Assembly: GCF_018977255.1 (NCBI RefSeq)
Contig: NW_024704742.1
Coordinates: forward strand, 10,480,001-10,544,000
DNA from: Callorhinchus milii
Lineage: Eukaryota
Length of the DNA: 64,000 nucleotides
Direction: 5' to 3'
Below the pieces are notes generated by a model that worked only from the letters and a program-made list of their open reading frames with translations, was not told the origin of the DNA and made no database searches. Position numbers and translations under genes: made by a program. Shown here piece by piece: positions 14,304 through 26,675 of the stretch. Each line of letters starts with the position of its first letter. Positions within the stretch are counted from its first letter, which is position 1.

Positions 14304-14587
14304 AATCAATGGATAAAGCATAGATGGCAGTCAGGGACTGAAAGCCCAGAAGCCAGGTTAGGGCTCCACTGAACAACTATTTCAGGTCTTGAGAGGGGAT
14401 TTAATATCCACACAGCAGCTGATGTAGAAATAACTTTCTGAGTTCAGATAAGCATTGTTCAAGTGCTGTAAATGATTGACCATGTGACTGAACAAAAATT
14501 CTGCTGAGTGTCCAGCCTCTTTTTTTAGTTCAGCCGTGCTATTCGATCAACTCTGACTCGCTGGAGACTTACAGCAAAGTTAAAGAA

Positions 14588-14675
14588 ATGGAGAATATTT
14601 ATGGGTTGCAGGATTATTCCAGTGATGGAAACACTTTTCTGTTCACTTCTGAATCGGTCGGGGAAGGACACCCAG
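14588..14675 (+). CDS. mat2al: S-adenosylmethionine synthetase (MAT2A-like paralog) coding exon 1 (MENIYGLQDYSSDGNTFLFTSESVGEGHP)
   Basis: ATG in gaaATGG context; FLFTSESVGEGHP MAT motif; donor G|gtaaag. Confidence 0.92.
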
Positions 14676-14870
14676 GTAAAGAGCAAACCTTATTTTATTG
14701 TGTAACACAAACAGCTTCCGACTTTACGTCGGTTAAAGTGTCAGCAAGTTGCAGGCACAGCTGCATAGCCGTTCTCTGTCGATAGCTGATTACAGCCAGG
14801 CCTGAAGTGGGGAAGCCTCAATTGGTCTGTATCTATGAGAGAGATTTTAGGGAGGGAGGGCAAAGAAAGA

Positions 14871-15257
14871 ACAGCATTCAATGAACAGGGGAGAGAGAGA
14901 GGAACAGAATTCAGAGACCAGGAAAGAAAGGGGAAAAGCATTCAATGGCAGGAGAGAGAGAGAGGGAGGGAGGGGGGAAAAGCGTTCAATGAACACAGCA
15001 ACAACAACTTGCATTTATAAAGCACCCACATGATAGAAAGGGCAGCCGGGGTGGGGTGAGGGACAGAGTTCAGTGACTAGGTCAGATTGGAGGGTTCGGG
15101 GGGACAGCATTCAGTGACCATGGTTGGGGTAGGGGGCAGGAAGAGAGCATTCAGTTAGTAGAATACAGAAATGGAGGATGGGGGGGGACCAGGTTACAGT
15201 GGGGAATAGCAGGAGTGACCAGGAAAGAGAGCGGGAAATGGTGTTCAGTGACCAGGA
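14871..15257. repeat. Degenerate array of about 9 units (consensus near ACAGCATTCAGTGACCAGG) with purine/G-rich spacers in MAT intron 1
   Basis: Units at about 14871, 14904, 14936, 14980, 15063, 15104, 15144, 15207 and 15240. Confidence 0.7.
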
Positions 15258-16184
15258 GATTGAGGGGGGGGGGAAATACATGTACCCCATCCTAACATCC
15301 CCCAGACATTTGGCATTTGGGGGAAGAGATAGTGTTTAAGGCACCTTCTATCATCATGGATTTTTTAAACAAGTCTTGAAAGAAATTCAGGTGTGTATGT
15401 CTTGAACATTAGAGTCATTAGAGATTAGAGTCTCAGACATACACAAGTCAGAAAAGGTAGATAAAGGTAAGTCTGTTTTAGCTCCATTAAACAAAGGTTT
15501 AATTACATCACTGCTTATAGAACTAACTGTTCCCATTCTCATGATACCAGAATGAACAAGGCTGTTCTGCCCTCCCCTCTCTCAGACAGATCGAAACTGA
15601 CTTACTGATGTAACCAGCTGGTCATGTACGATTAATGCAGAACTGAGATAATCTCCGTTATGAATTTGGCCAGTGTGGATTGAGAGTATCTTGTTGGATA
15701 TTCCTCTTAGAATAAATTGGCAATTAACAAAAGGACCAACAAGAAGAAGGACACGAAGTACAAAAGGGCAATGGGAGTGGGACAAAGTGGGTGGATTATT
15801 GAGAGTTTGGATTGACAAATTAACACACTCTTGATTTGAGTTATATTACACATCTGTTTCAAAAGCAGACTATCTTTTGTGGTTGCAACAATGTTAAAAA
15901 AAAAACTTAAAAACTGATCTTATTTTGTGGGGATAGGTGAAGACGTGACAAACAAACAATAATGTGCTTTCTAAATTCACTTAAACTACAAACAATGCTG
16001 ACTATTCTTATTCCCTGCTGTAAGGTTTAATTGGGTGCTTCTCACCCCTCAGCTGGGATTTCAATCTCTCCCTTTCTCAGGAAGGATTCTACTGTAAACA
16101 AAATTGTATTGAACACCATCCCTCAATTACAGACACTGACAATCCAACCTCAAATGCATGGTTCACTTACTATTCAGTAAAAAA

Positions 16185-16750
16185 GGTGGAGGCCTTGTTA
16201 GGTTAGGCCTCAGCTGGAATATTGTGTCCAATTCTGGGCACCACACTTTATGAAGGATGTCAAGGCCTTGGAAAGAGTGCAAAGGAGATTTACCAGAATG
16301 ATATCAGGGATGAGGAACTTTAACTATGTGGAGAAACAAGAGAAGCTGGGATTGTTCTCCTTAAAGCAGAGAAGGTTGAGGGGAGATTTAATAGAGGTGA
16401 TCAAAATTATGAAATGTTTTGATAGAGTGAATAGGAGAAAATGTTTTCACTGGTCGGTAACCAGAGGACACAGATTCAAGATAATTGGCAAAAGAACTAG
16501 ACGGGAGACGAGGAAACATGTTTTTTTATACAGCGAGTTTTTACGGTCTGGAATGCAATGCCTGAAAGGGTGGTGGAAGCAGATTCAATAATAACTTTCA
16601 AAAGGGAATTGGATATGTACTTGAAAAGAAAAAAAATTGCAAGTCCATGGAGAAAGAGTGTGGCAAATTGATAGCTCTTTCCAAGACCTGGCACAGGCAA
16701 GGTGGGTCGAATGGTCTCCTTCTGTGCTGTAGGATTCTATGATTTTATGA
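16185..16750 (+). mobile_element. CR1 LINE 3' fragment (ORF2 C-terminus plus tail)
   Basis: ORF 16250..16591 LERVQRRFTRMI...LGLFSLKQRRLRGDLIEV is a typical CR1 C-terminus; ends in a ttctatga-type tail. Confidence 0.92.
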
Positions 16751-17839
16751 TCAAGCTAGTGCCAACATTTACGTAAAGTACTTTACCTAAAGTTCCATAT
16801 AGAGCGTAAGCAGACGAAATAGATTAGAACCAAACATTCCCCAGAATCAACACTTGAACATATCTAAAGTACAACAGATGACCCTCAATAAAAGGAGAAC
16901 AGAACCATTCAAAGCATTTCAGAAAAACAAACTGCTACAATCCCCACATAGACAGCAGACAAACGGGATTTGTGACAGCGGCTAACATCTATCTCTGATT
17001 TTCCCTTGATGATATTGACTCTTCTCTCGGCTGGAGTTCCATAAGTACAAGTTACTGTCCAATTAGCAGTTGTTTATGTGTGAACCCGGACCCTGAGTGT
17101 TTAGCTCTGCCTCCGTTTGATGTCCATAGACATCACCTTTCCAAACAGTTTTTCTTCAGGGAAGGCTTCCATCTTCACATTATTTCCCCTTTCTAATCTA
17201 TGAATTCACTGGTTTGGGGGAATTCATTCAAATCTACTTTCAGATAGTAAGAGAATATAGAAAAGGAGGGCACAGGTTCAGGGTGGTGAAGGGCAATTTG
17301 AAGGTAGACTCCAAGATGTATTTATTTATGCACAGGATAAGTAATGGCTTGAATGAGTTATCAGAAAGAGTAATAGAGGCCAGGACACTATACAATTTAA
17401 GAAATGGCTCAATGTTGTAATGGGACAGTTGGGTTGGTATTCTGCAAGGACGAGATGAAATAAACCAAAGTGCCTTTTTTATCTTGTGATGGATATGATA
17501 TATGTTAGTTTCTTAATCCGTTCCTCGACATGAGGAATGAGTTAAGAAACACTGGAAAACTGTTCCCGATACATAAATTAACAACAACAACATTCTTTAG
17601 TCAGGCCTGCATTCAGTTGATAGCCTCTAATCCCACTGTTCATAGCCTCTAATCCCATTGCAGCTGCTCTTCCTGAACAGTCCAATAAAAACACAGGCAT
17701 CTGATTTTAGTCAATTCATGTTAGAACTCGAATAGTAGAGTTATAAATTTGGGGTAAGGGAGCAGAGGCCAGGATCAGCACATTGGTGACTGAGGAATAC
17801 TGCCACTGGTGTACGCTGATTGTAATTTGCAATAAAAGA

Positions 17840-18132
17840 GACTCCACAAGCCTCCGTTTACCTAGTAGTAAGTAGGAACCTGATTGTTGGATGACTGGCA
17901 GATCGCTTTTCTGGGGGGTAATAATCCCTTCAAAAAACAAATAAATAAAATAATAATAATTGGATTGTTCAATACACAACTGTTTGTGGGACACTGCTGT
18001 GCGCAATTGGCTGCTGTGTTTTGCCCACAAAATATAGTCAATTCACTTTACAGTATATTCTGTGAAGTGCTTTGAAATGTCTCGCAGACATGATAAGGCG
18101 CTATATCAAATGCCAGGATTATTATTATTATT
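17840..18132 (+). mobile_element. Deu-type SINE, long subfamily, 5'-truncated
   Basis: Central block, Deu-like core, (att)n tail. Confidence 0.85.
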
Positions 18133-18301
18133 ACTTTATTGAACTGTCAGCCTGGACTATGAGCCGAATGTTCCAATGTGGGGCTTGAATACACAACTTT
18201 CTGACTCAGAGGCTAGAGTGCTATCAACTGAACCAGGCTGACACACACATCTAGCTCTCATTCTCACCCATACTCTCTAATTTTATCAACCCCCCCCCCA
18301 T

Positions 18302-18845
18302 ACAACAACAACAAGATTACATTTGTATAGCGCCTTTCGTGTTGGGAGGACGTCCCAAGGCACAGCATTTCAGACCCAAACTGGGGTCAGGGAGGGAAAG
18401 GGAGGGGAGGGGAAGGGGGTGACCAATGGCATGGTCGAAGAGGAGGGCCTTGAGCTGGGACTTGAAGGAGGCTAAGGAGGGGGTGAGGCGGAGTAATTAG
18501 GGGATGGAATTCTGGAGATTGGGGCAGAATGGCTGAAGGCTCTCCCACTAATGGTGGGGCGGGTGGGTCGGGGACATGGAGCAGGCTGGAGCCGGCTGAG
18601 CGGAGGGAGTGGGCGGGTTGGTAGGGGGTTAGGAGGTCTCAGAGGTAGGGTCGGGCGAAGCCATGGAGGGCTTTGTAGGTGAGGACCAGGATCTTGAACT
18701 GGATCCTCTGAAGGATAGGGAGCCAATGGAGTCGGGCGAGAATGGGGGAGATGGGGTCACGGAGTTTGGTGCGGGAGAGGACACGGGCTGCAGAGTTCTG
18801 GATTATCTGCAGCCTGTGGAGGGAGGAGTTGGGAAGGCCGACAAG
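18302..18845 (-). mobile_element. L2 LINE 3' fragment
   Basis: (caa)n tail; the minus strand encodes LQIIQNSAAR...LHWLP-type L2 sequence. Confidence 0.88.
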
Positions 18846-18942
18846 CAGGCAAGAGACAAGAGTCCATATGGAACTACTTGCTTAAACTGAAAGTTGGAGA
18901 TAATTATTAAATATAACATTGATTTTTGACCTATGTCTTCAG

Positions 18943-19020
18943 ACAAAATGTGTGACCAAATCAGTGATGCAGTCCTCGATGCCTACCTGAAATTAGACCC
19001 AGATGCCAAAGTTGCTTGTG
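18943..19020 (+). CDS. mat2al: MAT exon 2 ([26 protein letters not shown])
   Basis: 78 nt, cttcag| ... |gtaagt; completes the GHPDK motif. Confidence 0.94.
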
Positions 19021-20189
19021 GTAAGTGCCAAGCAGTGCCCTCATTACCTCCGCAAAAGTAAATGCTATCAAACAATGCAAACATAATTCATCATAACAAG
19101 TTATTTTTAGATGCTACTCTGAAGGGGGCTATATCAATGCAAATTGTTGTAGTTTTTGCAGAGTGCCATTCACATAAAAGAACATTGAAAAAAGGTGCAT
19201 GAACTAAGCAGGATAACTGCAACTCTTTCAGGTATTTTATGGTCTAAATGAACAAATGGGAAGAGGGCAGGAAATAGAAGAAATATTATAAAAGGAAAAT
19301 TCTGCATAATGATTCTGTGGAACATTAGAGCTGTTGGTCTCTCTATTGAAAGATATGTAAATGATGAAAATGTAATTACCCCCTTAAACACATATTTAAA
19401 TTAACAGTGAAATTTGCAAGTATCCAGAACTCTGGAGAAATGGAACTCCGGCCATTTGATTAGCTTCAAACAGCTTCCTCATCACCCTCCCATATTTGCT
19501 ATAGCCCCTGCAATGCACAGTTACTATACTTATTAATAAGTATGTAAGCAGTGAAAATGTAATGGTCCCGCCTCACATTTAATGCGATGTTCTGTATGGT
19601 AAACATTTGGGATTTCCAGATATTTATGGAGAAGAGGGGGGAAGGAGAAGAAGAGAAAATTAACCTAACTTTTTTTCTAATTTTCTTGCCTGCATTGATG
19701 CTGTGAGCCAGCTGGAAGGAAGAAGACAGATATCTCATTTAGATTTTCTCTTTCTTCCAATTGGAGCATCCCTATAGCAGAAACAATGGCAAACAAGATA
19801 AAAGCTTCGAATGGCCACCTAATCACTCTCCCATACTTGCTATAGACCCTGCATTGCAATAAAGTACAATGCAATTTACATCTATGCAACACCTTTCACA
19901 TCAAGAAGATGTACGTGTCAAAGCACTTCACGCAGCTGGCTTGACAGTGGAAGAGAGTGATGGGGGGAATCAATGTGTGTTCATTCATCCCTTGTTGATT
20001 TCCACTTCATTAAGTGGAAGTTAGACAAAATGCTTTCTGCACAACAGCTGAAAGTCATAGACTTATTCCCTGCATTTTAACCCATTGATGATGTTCATGC
20101 ATCTTTAAGGATAACACCCAACTTAATTAGACCTTCACTACAATGAGGAAAATGCATCCACATGTTGTTCACTGTTCCTTCCAAACTAG

Positions 20190-20312
20190 AATGTGTGGTG
20201 AAGACTGGCATGATATTACTGTGTGGGGAGATAACGTCCAAAGCTACAGTGGATCATCAGAAGATAGTCCGGGACACCATTGCCAAGATCGGCTATGATA
20301 GCTCCATTAAAG
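20190..20312 (+). CDS. mat2al: MAT exon 3 ([41 protein letters not shown])
   Basis: 123 nt, actag| ... |gtgagc; lies within ORF 20162..20566. Confidence 0.94.
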
Positions 20313-20586
20313 GTGAGCAAGTGGGTCACACCCAGCCCCAGCCCCTCAGCCCTCCACCACTCCTGACCCCAACTCCCAGCTCGGGTCCCAAACCCCTGAT
20401 TGTCCAGTGCCCTGGGACGTCGTTCTGCCGTGAAGGGCGTTATACAAGTGTAATTTGTTGTGGTTGTAGGATTATCCTTATATTTGCTACAGCATCTTTC
20501 ATGTTGGGAAGATGTCTCAAATACTTCACAGGATATGTTGTAAAGTGTAATGTCTGTAATTTGTAGACTAATGAGGCAGCCAATTT

Positions 20587-20810
20587 GTGCACAGCAACAT
20601 CCCACAAACAGCCATGAAGTGAATAAATCTATCTGTGGGATTTTTGGCTAGGACACCAGGAGAGACTCCTTTCTTTTTTTGGAATAGAGCCGTGGGATCT
20701 TTAATCCACCTGAAAAGGACTTTAGTTTAACATCTCATCCGGAAATAGCACCTCACATCCACAAGATTAGCACTCACCCCCCACACAACAACTCATAGAC
20801 ATGAGCTTAG
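20587..20810. repeat. Donor of an inverted duplication (old SINE plus flank), copied at 22168-22392
   Basis: Reverse-complement match includes the idiosyncratic cacaacaactcatagacatgagcttag. Confidence 0.85.
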
Positions 20811-20849
20811 TGTCCATCTCACACAGCCTGTAGCTTATTGGCTCAGACC

Positions 20850-21210
20850 AATAATAATAATAATAATCCTTGCATTTGATATAGCGCCTCATCATGTCTT
20901 CTAGACATCTCAAAGCGCGTCACAGAATGTACTGTAAAGTGAACTGACTGTATATTTTGTGGGCAAAATGCGGGAGCCAATCGTGCACACCAGTGTCCCA
21001 CAAACAGTCATGGATTGATTGACAAAATTATTTTTATTTATTTTGAAGGGATTATCACCCCCAGAAAAGCGATCTGCCAATCGACTAACAACGGGGTTCC
21101 AACTTACTGCTAGGTAAACAAAGGCGTGTGTAGTAAGGAAACTTGTTCATCAAACCCAGGTCCTCTCGCTTGCAAGGCAAGTGATCTAACCACTGAGCTA
21201 CAAGACTCCA
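20850..21210 (-). mobile_element. Deu-type SINE, long subfamily
   Basis: Reverse-complement copy with head and (aat)n tail. Confidence 0.87.
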
Positions 21211-22167
21211 TGATGTCTTCTCAGTTGCACTTTTGACCTCCACAATCCCTCCAGCCTTCGTCTCAAACTCACCAAACTCGTGTACAACCTTGCTGTTTGG
21301 TTTGATCCTCATCTTTCCTTTCTTCTTTATATTTGGACCCTGACCAAGACTGCCTTTCTTCACCTTAAGCATGTTGTTTACCTATGCCTCGCTCACCAAA
21401 GGCCTCCAAAACTCTCATTCACTCCTTTGTTACCTCTCCACCAGACTTAAAACACAGCCTGACATTCAAGGCACATCTCAAAACATACCTGTGACTGATT
21501 GCACTCCACACCCCAGCCTTTTCAGCTCCCACTCCTAACTTTGGTGCCCAGCCAGCAATGTCAAGCACTTTGAGACGTCCTCTCAATGAGTCAGGCACTA
21601 TATAAGTGCAAATTGTAATTTATACAAATGTAATTAGTTACCTCAACAAACATTGGACTAATTTACCATACAGCAGCAACAACGAATTTGCACTTGTATA
21701 GCGCCCTTCATGTTGGAAAGTCATACGATTGCGTATCTGGATAACCTCTGGGATCATTTAGCAACATGTAGAGAGCCAGGTTGCTAAATGCCTCTAGTTT
21801 CTTTGCCAATCACCAATAGACTCAGAAAAGGTACTCTCAGAGATTTGCTCTTCAGAAATCTTTCTCTCAGAGCTAGCTTCTTCACATATTGAACATTAAA
21901 TATCTTTCCAAACGTAATAATACTTATATTTGGTATAGCGCCTTTCACATCGGAAAGACAACAATGTTCCACAACCAACTATGAAGTGAATAACCAATTT
22001 TAGTGAGGGATTTTGCCTGTCTAGCCCCTTATACATATATTAAAGCTGTTTACAAAAGGTAGAATACAATGAATGTTGTTATATAGATAAATCTGGCAGC
22101 TACACTGTGCCAGCAATGTCCACAAACAAATGATTCGGATGAACTTTGGGGAAAAGAGGAAATCCAT

Positions 22168-22392
22168 CTAAGCTCATGTCTATGAGTTGTTGTGTGAGGG
22201 GGAGTGCTAATCCTGTGGATGTGAGGTGCTATTTCCGGATGAGATGTTAAACTAAAGTCCTTTTCAGGTGGATATTAAAGATCACACGGCTCTATTCAAA
22301 AAAACGAAAGGAGTTTCTCCTGGTGTCCTAGCCCAAAATCCCATGGATAGAATTATTCACTTCATGGCTGTTTGTGGGATGTTGCTGTGCAC
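22168..22392. repeat. Inverted copy of 20587-20810 flanked by the direct repeat AAATCCAT (22160-22167 and 22397-22404)
   Basis: Direct sequence comparison. Confidence 0.85.
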
Positions 22393-23342
22393 CTCTAAAT
22401 CCATATGAATCACAAAGCAGGCCTTCAGCCTCTCTGCCCCCACCTTTTGGAACTCCATCCCATAGTTCCTTCACCTCACTCCCTCCCTTGCCTCCTTCAA
22501 GGCACGTCTCAAGACCCTCCTCTTCAACCGCGCCTTTGGCCACCCTCCCTGATCCCTACCTCCAGCTCGGGTCCAAATCCCTGACTGTCCAGCACCTTGG
22601 GACGTCCTCCCGACATGAACGGTGCTATACAAATATAATTTTGTATTGTACAATCTAAATTTATATTAATGACAGTCCACAAAAGAATAATCTAGAATTT
22701 AATGTTGAGTATTACATAGGCAGCATCCAATCAGTGACAACAATGTTACATAAAAAGTCAAATTACTTGTTTTATGGGTGAATTTTCTACATTTAAACTT
22801 AAATCTCGTGTTTGTTGAAGAAACCGAAATAAGTCTACAAAGAACACAATCTCTGTTACGAGCCAAAGATAAGCAGAATAACCAGGTGGCATTTGATCTT
22901 GTGCCTTATCACGTCGCTGAAATGGTGCAAAGTGCTTCGCAAAATGTGCAGTGCAGTGCAGTGACTACTCGTAGAAAAAAGTGGCAGCTGGTTTGCTCAC
23001 AGCAATGTTCTCGACACAGCCATGAAGTGGATTCCCAGAATGTTGGCTGGGACATTGGGAGAAACTCCCTTCTCTTTTTCAATAGTGTCATAAAATGTTT
23101 AATATCCAGTTAAACAGGCAGATAGGACCTCGATTTTAATGTCTCATTGGTGCAAAAACATAGAATATGTAATTATTGGTAAAGAAATCACTACCAAGTA
23201 AAAAAAATCTATAAGGCACTATATCAAATGTAAGGATTATTATTATGGCAAACTTTTCTACTGTGGGGAGGGGAGTGTGGGGGACAATCGAGTTTCACCG
23301 CACTTCAAAAGAGAATAAAGATGCTTCCAAAGGAGAGTGGTT

Positions 23343-23358
23343 TACCACCTAGTGGCCA
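23343..23358 (-). promoter_or_regulatory. Candidate CTCF site (TGGCCACTAGGTGGTA)
   Basis: Close match to the CTCF core consensus, in sequence I cannot assign to a repeat; motif match only. Confidence 0.35.
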
Positions 23359-25264
23359 TTGCTTATAAACATGCTATCATTGCTGCAGCCACAATCTTCC
23401 TGAAGTTTCTATTTAATAATCATAATAATGTTTGCATTTGAGACCAGGCTTCTTGTGTTAGGAAGACATCTCAGAGTGCTTCACAGGATTTACTGTGAAT
23501 TGGGGTGAGTGTATTTGTAGGAGAAGGTGGTAGCTGATTAGTACAATGCAATCTGCCAAAACAGCCATAAAGTGAATGAACAATATTATCTGGGGGATTA
23601 TTGGCCAGGACACCGGGAGAAACTCCCTTCTCTTTTCAAATAGTGCCATGGGATCTTTAACGTCCACCTGAACAGACAGAGGGGACCCCAGTTTAATGTA
23701 TCATCCAAAAGACGTCACCTCCGACAGTGTAACACCCTCAGCACTGCACTGGAGTGTCATCAGAGACTCCTTTGTGGGAGTTCCAATGTGCGGTTTGAAC
23801 CCACTAACTTCTGTGTCAGAAGTGAGAGTGCTACTAACTGAGCCAGCCTGATACCCTATTTGAATGTTGTAAGATAATATGCTGTATTAGATAATAGGTA
23901 AAATAATATGCTGTAAAAACAGAGACCACGGACACATACAAAGTCACAGTTCCAGCAAAATAACTTATCTAAGAAACTAACTAAATATCCTGTTCCTGGA
24001 TAGTCCTAAAATAAAAGTGACACTTAGTCTCCTCTCTTCTACTTTCAAAATAGTCACAGGAGTAATGCAAGGCTGAAAATAGAGACAGTCGGTCACACTC
24101 TCCCTCTATGATTTATACTCCGCGCTAGTTCAAGAAATAAATCTTGCCCCAACACTGAAGAATATTTTGAAAACTTTTAAAATGTTTTTTGAAGGACTGT
24201 AACTCAAACAAATAGCAAAAGATTGGCAGTCAAATTGAAAAATCATTATTCCTGAAGGAAAGAATAAGTACTTAATAGTATCTGAATTGAGGCCTCAGAT
24301 ATCATTCCTTGTCCTGCCTTCATGAACTCCAGTCCTTACACTAGCTGTCAAACCAAATGGCTAATATGGTAATGTCCCTGACATTGCTGAACCAATCAAA
24401 GTAGGAACATATGGTCTGTGCTGAATTAGCTGATCTCAACCTGGACATCAATAAGAGTGTTACAAAAGACCTCAGCATCCCTCGGGCTAGGAAAGCTGGA
24501 GGGAGTGGATGAAAAATCAAGGTACCTATTGTCCCTATTGAATAGGTGTGCATTCTCCAATGAATGGATAATACTATGCATTTCTCCCACAAAACGTGCA
24601 GTCGCTTCACTTTACAGTTTTTTCTGTGAAGCACTTTGAGACGTCTCAAAGTCATGATAATGGGCTATATCAAATGCAAGGACTACTATTATTATTATCT
24701 CTCTTCTCCTCCCTCCGCAACATCATATAGTCTGCTGATATTCATTGCTCAGACTTGCATGGAAATAACAGCTGCTCAGGTACGAGAAGGCAGGGGCCAC
24801 CTGTGAACTATATGTATGCAATTCACTACCACAAATCACCATTGAAGCCGGATCGACAGAACCATTGAGAAGGGTTCTGGATAAGGACCTGAGCAGCAGA
24901 AATGTTAAAGGTGATGGGGAAAGTAGAAAATGATAATAGGTGATAATACAAGAAGCAGTAGCACAGACAATATGGAACAAGTGGTCTTTATCTATGTTTG
25001 GGACTTCCTCCCGACATGAAAGGTGCCATATAGGTGCAATCTGCTGTTGTTGTTTTTGTTGAAAGTATCTGAGCTTCTACATCTACATCGGCTTGGTGTC
25101 AACTGGTAGCATTCTCACCCCTGAGCAAGAAAGTTGCTGATTTAAGTCCCATTTTGAGTCTTTGAACCCAGTCTAGCCTGACACTCCAGTGCAGTGCTGG
25201 GAGGATGACTGCATTGTTGGAGATGTTGTTCTTTGGATGAGATACTGAACCGAGGTCCCATCTA

Positions 25265-25725
25265 GTCCTATGGCTCAGTGGTTAGAGCACTCACCTTGCA
25301 AGTGAGAGACCTGGGTTTGATTCCCGGCAGGGTGAAATGTTGGGTAAGTTTCCTTTTCCCCCCTGCTTGGGTCATGACCCAACTGTGCAGCGCCTTGGGA
25401 CGTCCTCCTGACGTGAAAGGCGCTTTATAAATGGAATCTTGTTGTTGTTGTTGCTCCACACGCCTGTGTTTACCTAGCAGTAAGTAGGAATCTGGCTGTT
25501 TGTCGATTGGCGGATCGTTTTTCCGGGGATAATAATTCCTTCAAAAAAAAAATTGGTCACTCAATCCATGATTGTTTGTAGGACACCGCTGTGCACAATT
25601 GGCTGCAGAGTTTCACCCACAAAATGTAGAGTCAATTCATTTTACAGTATATTCTGTGAAGCGCTTTAAGACATGAAGACATGATAAGGTGCTATACCAA
25701 TTGCAAGGATTATTATTATTATATT
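25265..25725 (+). mobile_element. Deu-type SINE (long subfamily) interrupted by an L2 3' tail at about 25354-25454
   Basis: The SINE is split at gtttcctt|ctccacac by a segment ending in (ttg)n. Confidence 0.85.
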
Positions 25726-25797
25726 TATAAGAACATCTCAAAAACATTGTTCCCTTTTATTCCGCTTACTGATTGCTTTTTTGGTGTGGGTGCATAG

Positions 25798-25910
25798 GCT
25801 TTGATTACAAGACCTGTAATATCCTGGTCGCTCTGGAACAGCAGTCCCCGGACATTGCCCAAAGTGTCTACAAAGACAAGGCTGAGGAGAACATTGGAGC
25901 CGGTGACCAG
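25798..25910 (+). CDS. mat2al: MAT exon 4 ([38 protein letters not shown])
   Basis: 113 nt, gcatag| ... |gtaata; gating loop and GAGDQ signature. Confidence 0.94.
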
Positions 25911-26344
25911 GTAATATTGAAACACAATAATTTTGACTAAGGAAGAAACTGAGACTTTTCTATTGTCTCATTTCAAAACAGGATTATTATGTTCGGTTGT
26001 GAATGAATACATTATACTTCTGCACATGAATTTAGAAGCAAGTCACAACCAAGAAAGAATTAGTGTTTGGGATGAGTGAAACTTCTGATGGGTTGCCGAT
26101 GCTCACCTTTAAAGCCCTCCAAGGCCTTGCCCTCCCTACTTCTGTGACCTCTTAACCGCCCCCCACCAATCTGTCCGCTCCCCCTGCCTTGTCCATCCCA
26201 CCATTGGTGGGCCGAACCTTCAGCCTCTCTGCCCCCACCCTCTGGAACTCCATCCCACAGTCCCTTCAGCTCACCCACTCCCTTGTCTCATTCAAGACCT
26301 GTCTCAAGACCTTCCTCTTCAACCATGCCTTCAGGCACCCTCCT

Positions 26345-26675
26345 ATAATAATAATAATAATAATCCTTGCATTTGATATAGCGCTTTTCACGTCTTCTAA
26401 ACGTCCCAAAGCACTTCACAGAATATACTGTAAAGTGAATTGACTGTATATTTGTGGGCGAACGCGTCAGCCAATTGCGCACAGCAATGTCCCACAAACA
26501 GTTATAGATTGAAAATGACCAATTTATTATTGTTTTTGGTTTTGGAGGGATTATTATTAGGCTATGTGTGGAGTAAGGAAACTTGGCCAAGGTTTCGCCC
26601 TGACCTGCCTGGAATTGAACTCAGGTTTCTCGCTTGCAAAGCGAGTGCTCTAACCACTGATCTACAGGACTCCAC
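26345..26675 (-). mobile_element. Full-length young Deu-type SINE inserted in an L2 3' fragment (about 26100-26810)
   Basis: L2 sequence continues on both sides of the SINE. Confidence 0.9.

Noticed and set aside
14871..15257. CRISPR-like repeat/spacer pattern
   Set aside because: Vertebrate intron; repeats are degenerate, spacers are low-complexity and of uneven length, and there are no cas genes.
17620..17660. 22 bp tandem duplication (atagcctctaatccca...)
   Set aside because: Ordinary slippage-type duplication.
20180..20196. Nematode-style METT-10/METTL16 m6A site at the 3' splice site before exon 3
   Set aside because: The acceptor is ACTAG|AATG, not TACAG|AAAC; no MAT acceptor here ends in TACAG.
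25955..26010. Possible relic of MAT exon 5 start (cag|gattattatgttcggttgt, GLMFG-like) 70 nt after exon 4
   Set aside because: The similarity is under 20 nt, needs an indel, and also resembles the common SINE tail ggattattat; an intact exon 5 exists at 31220.
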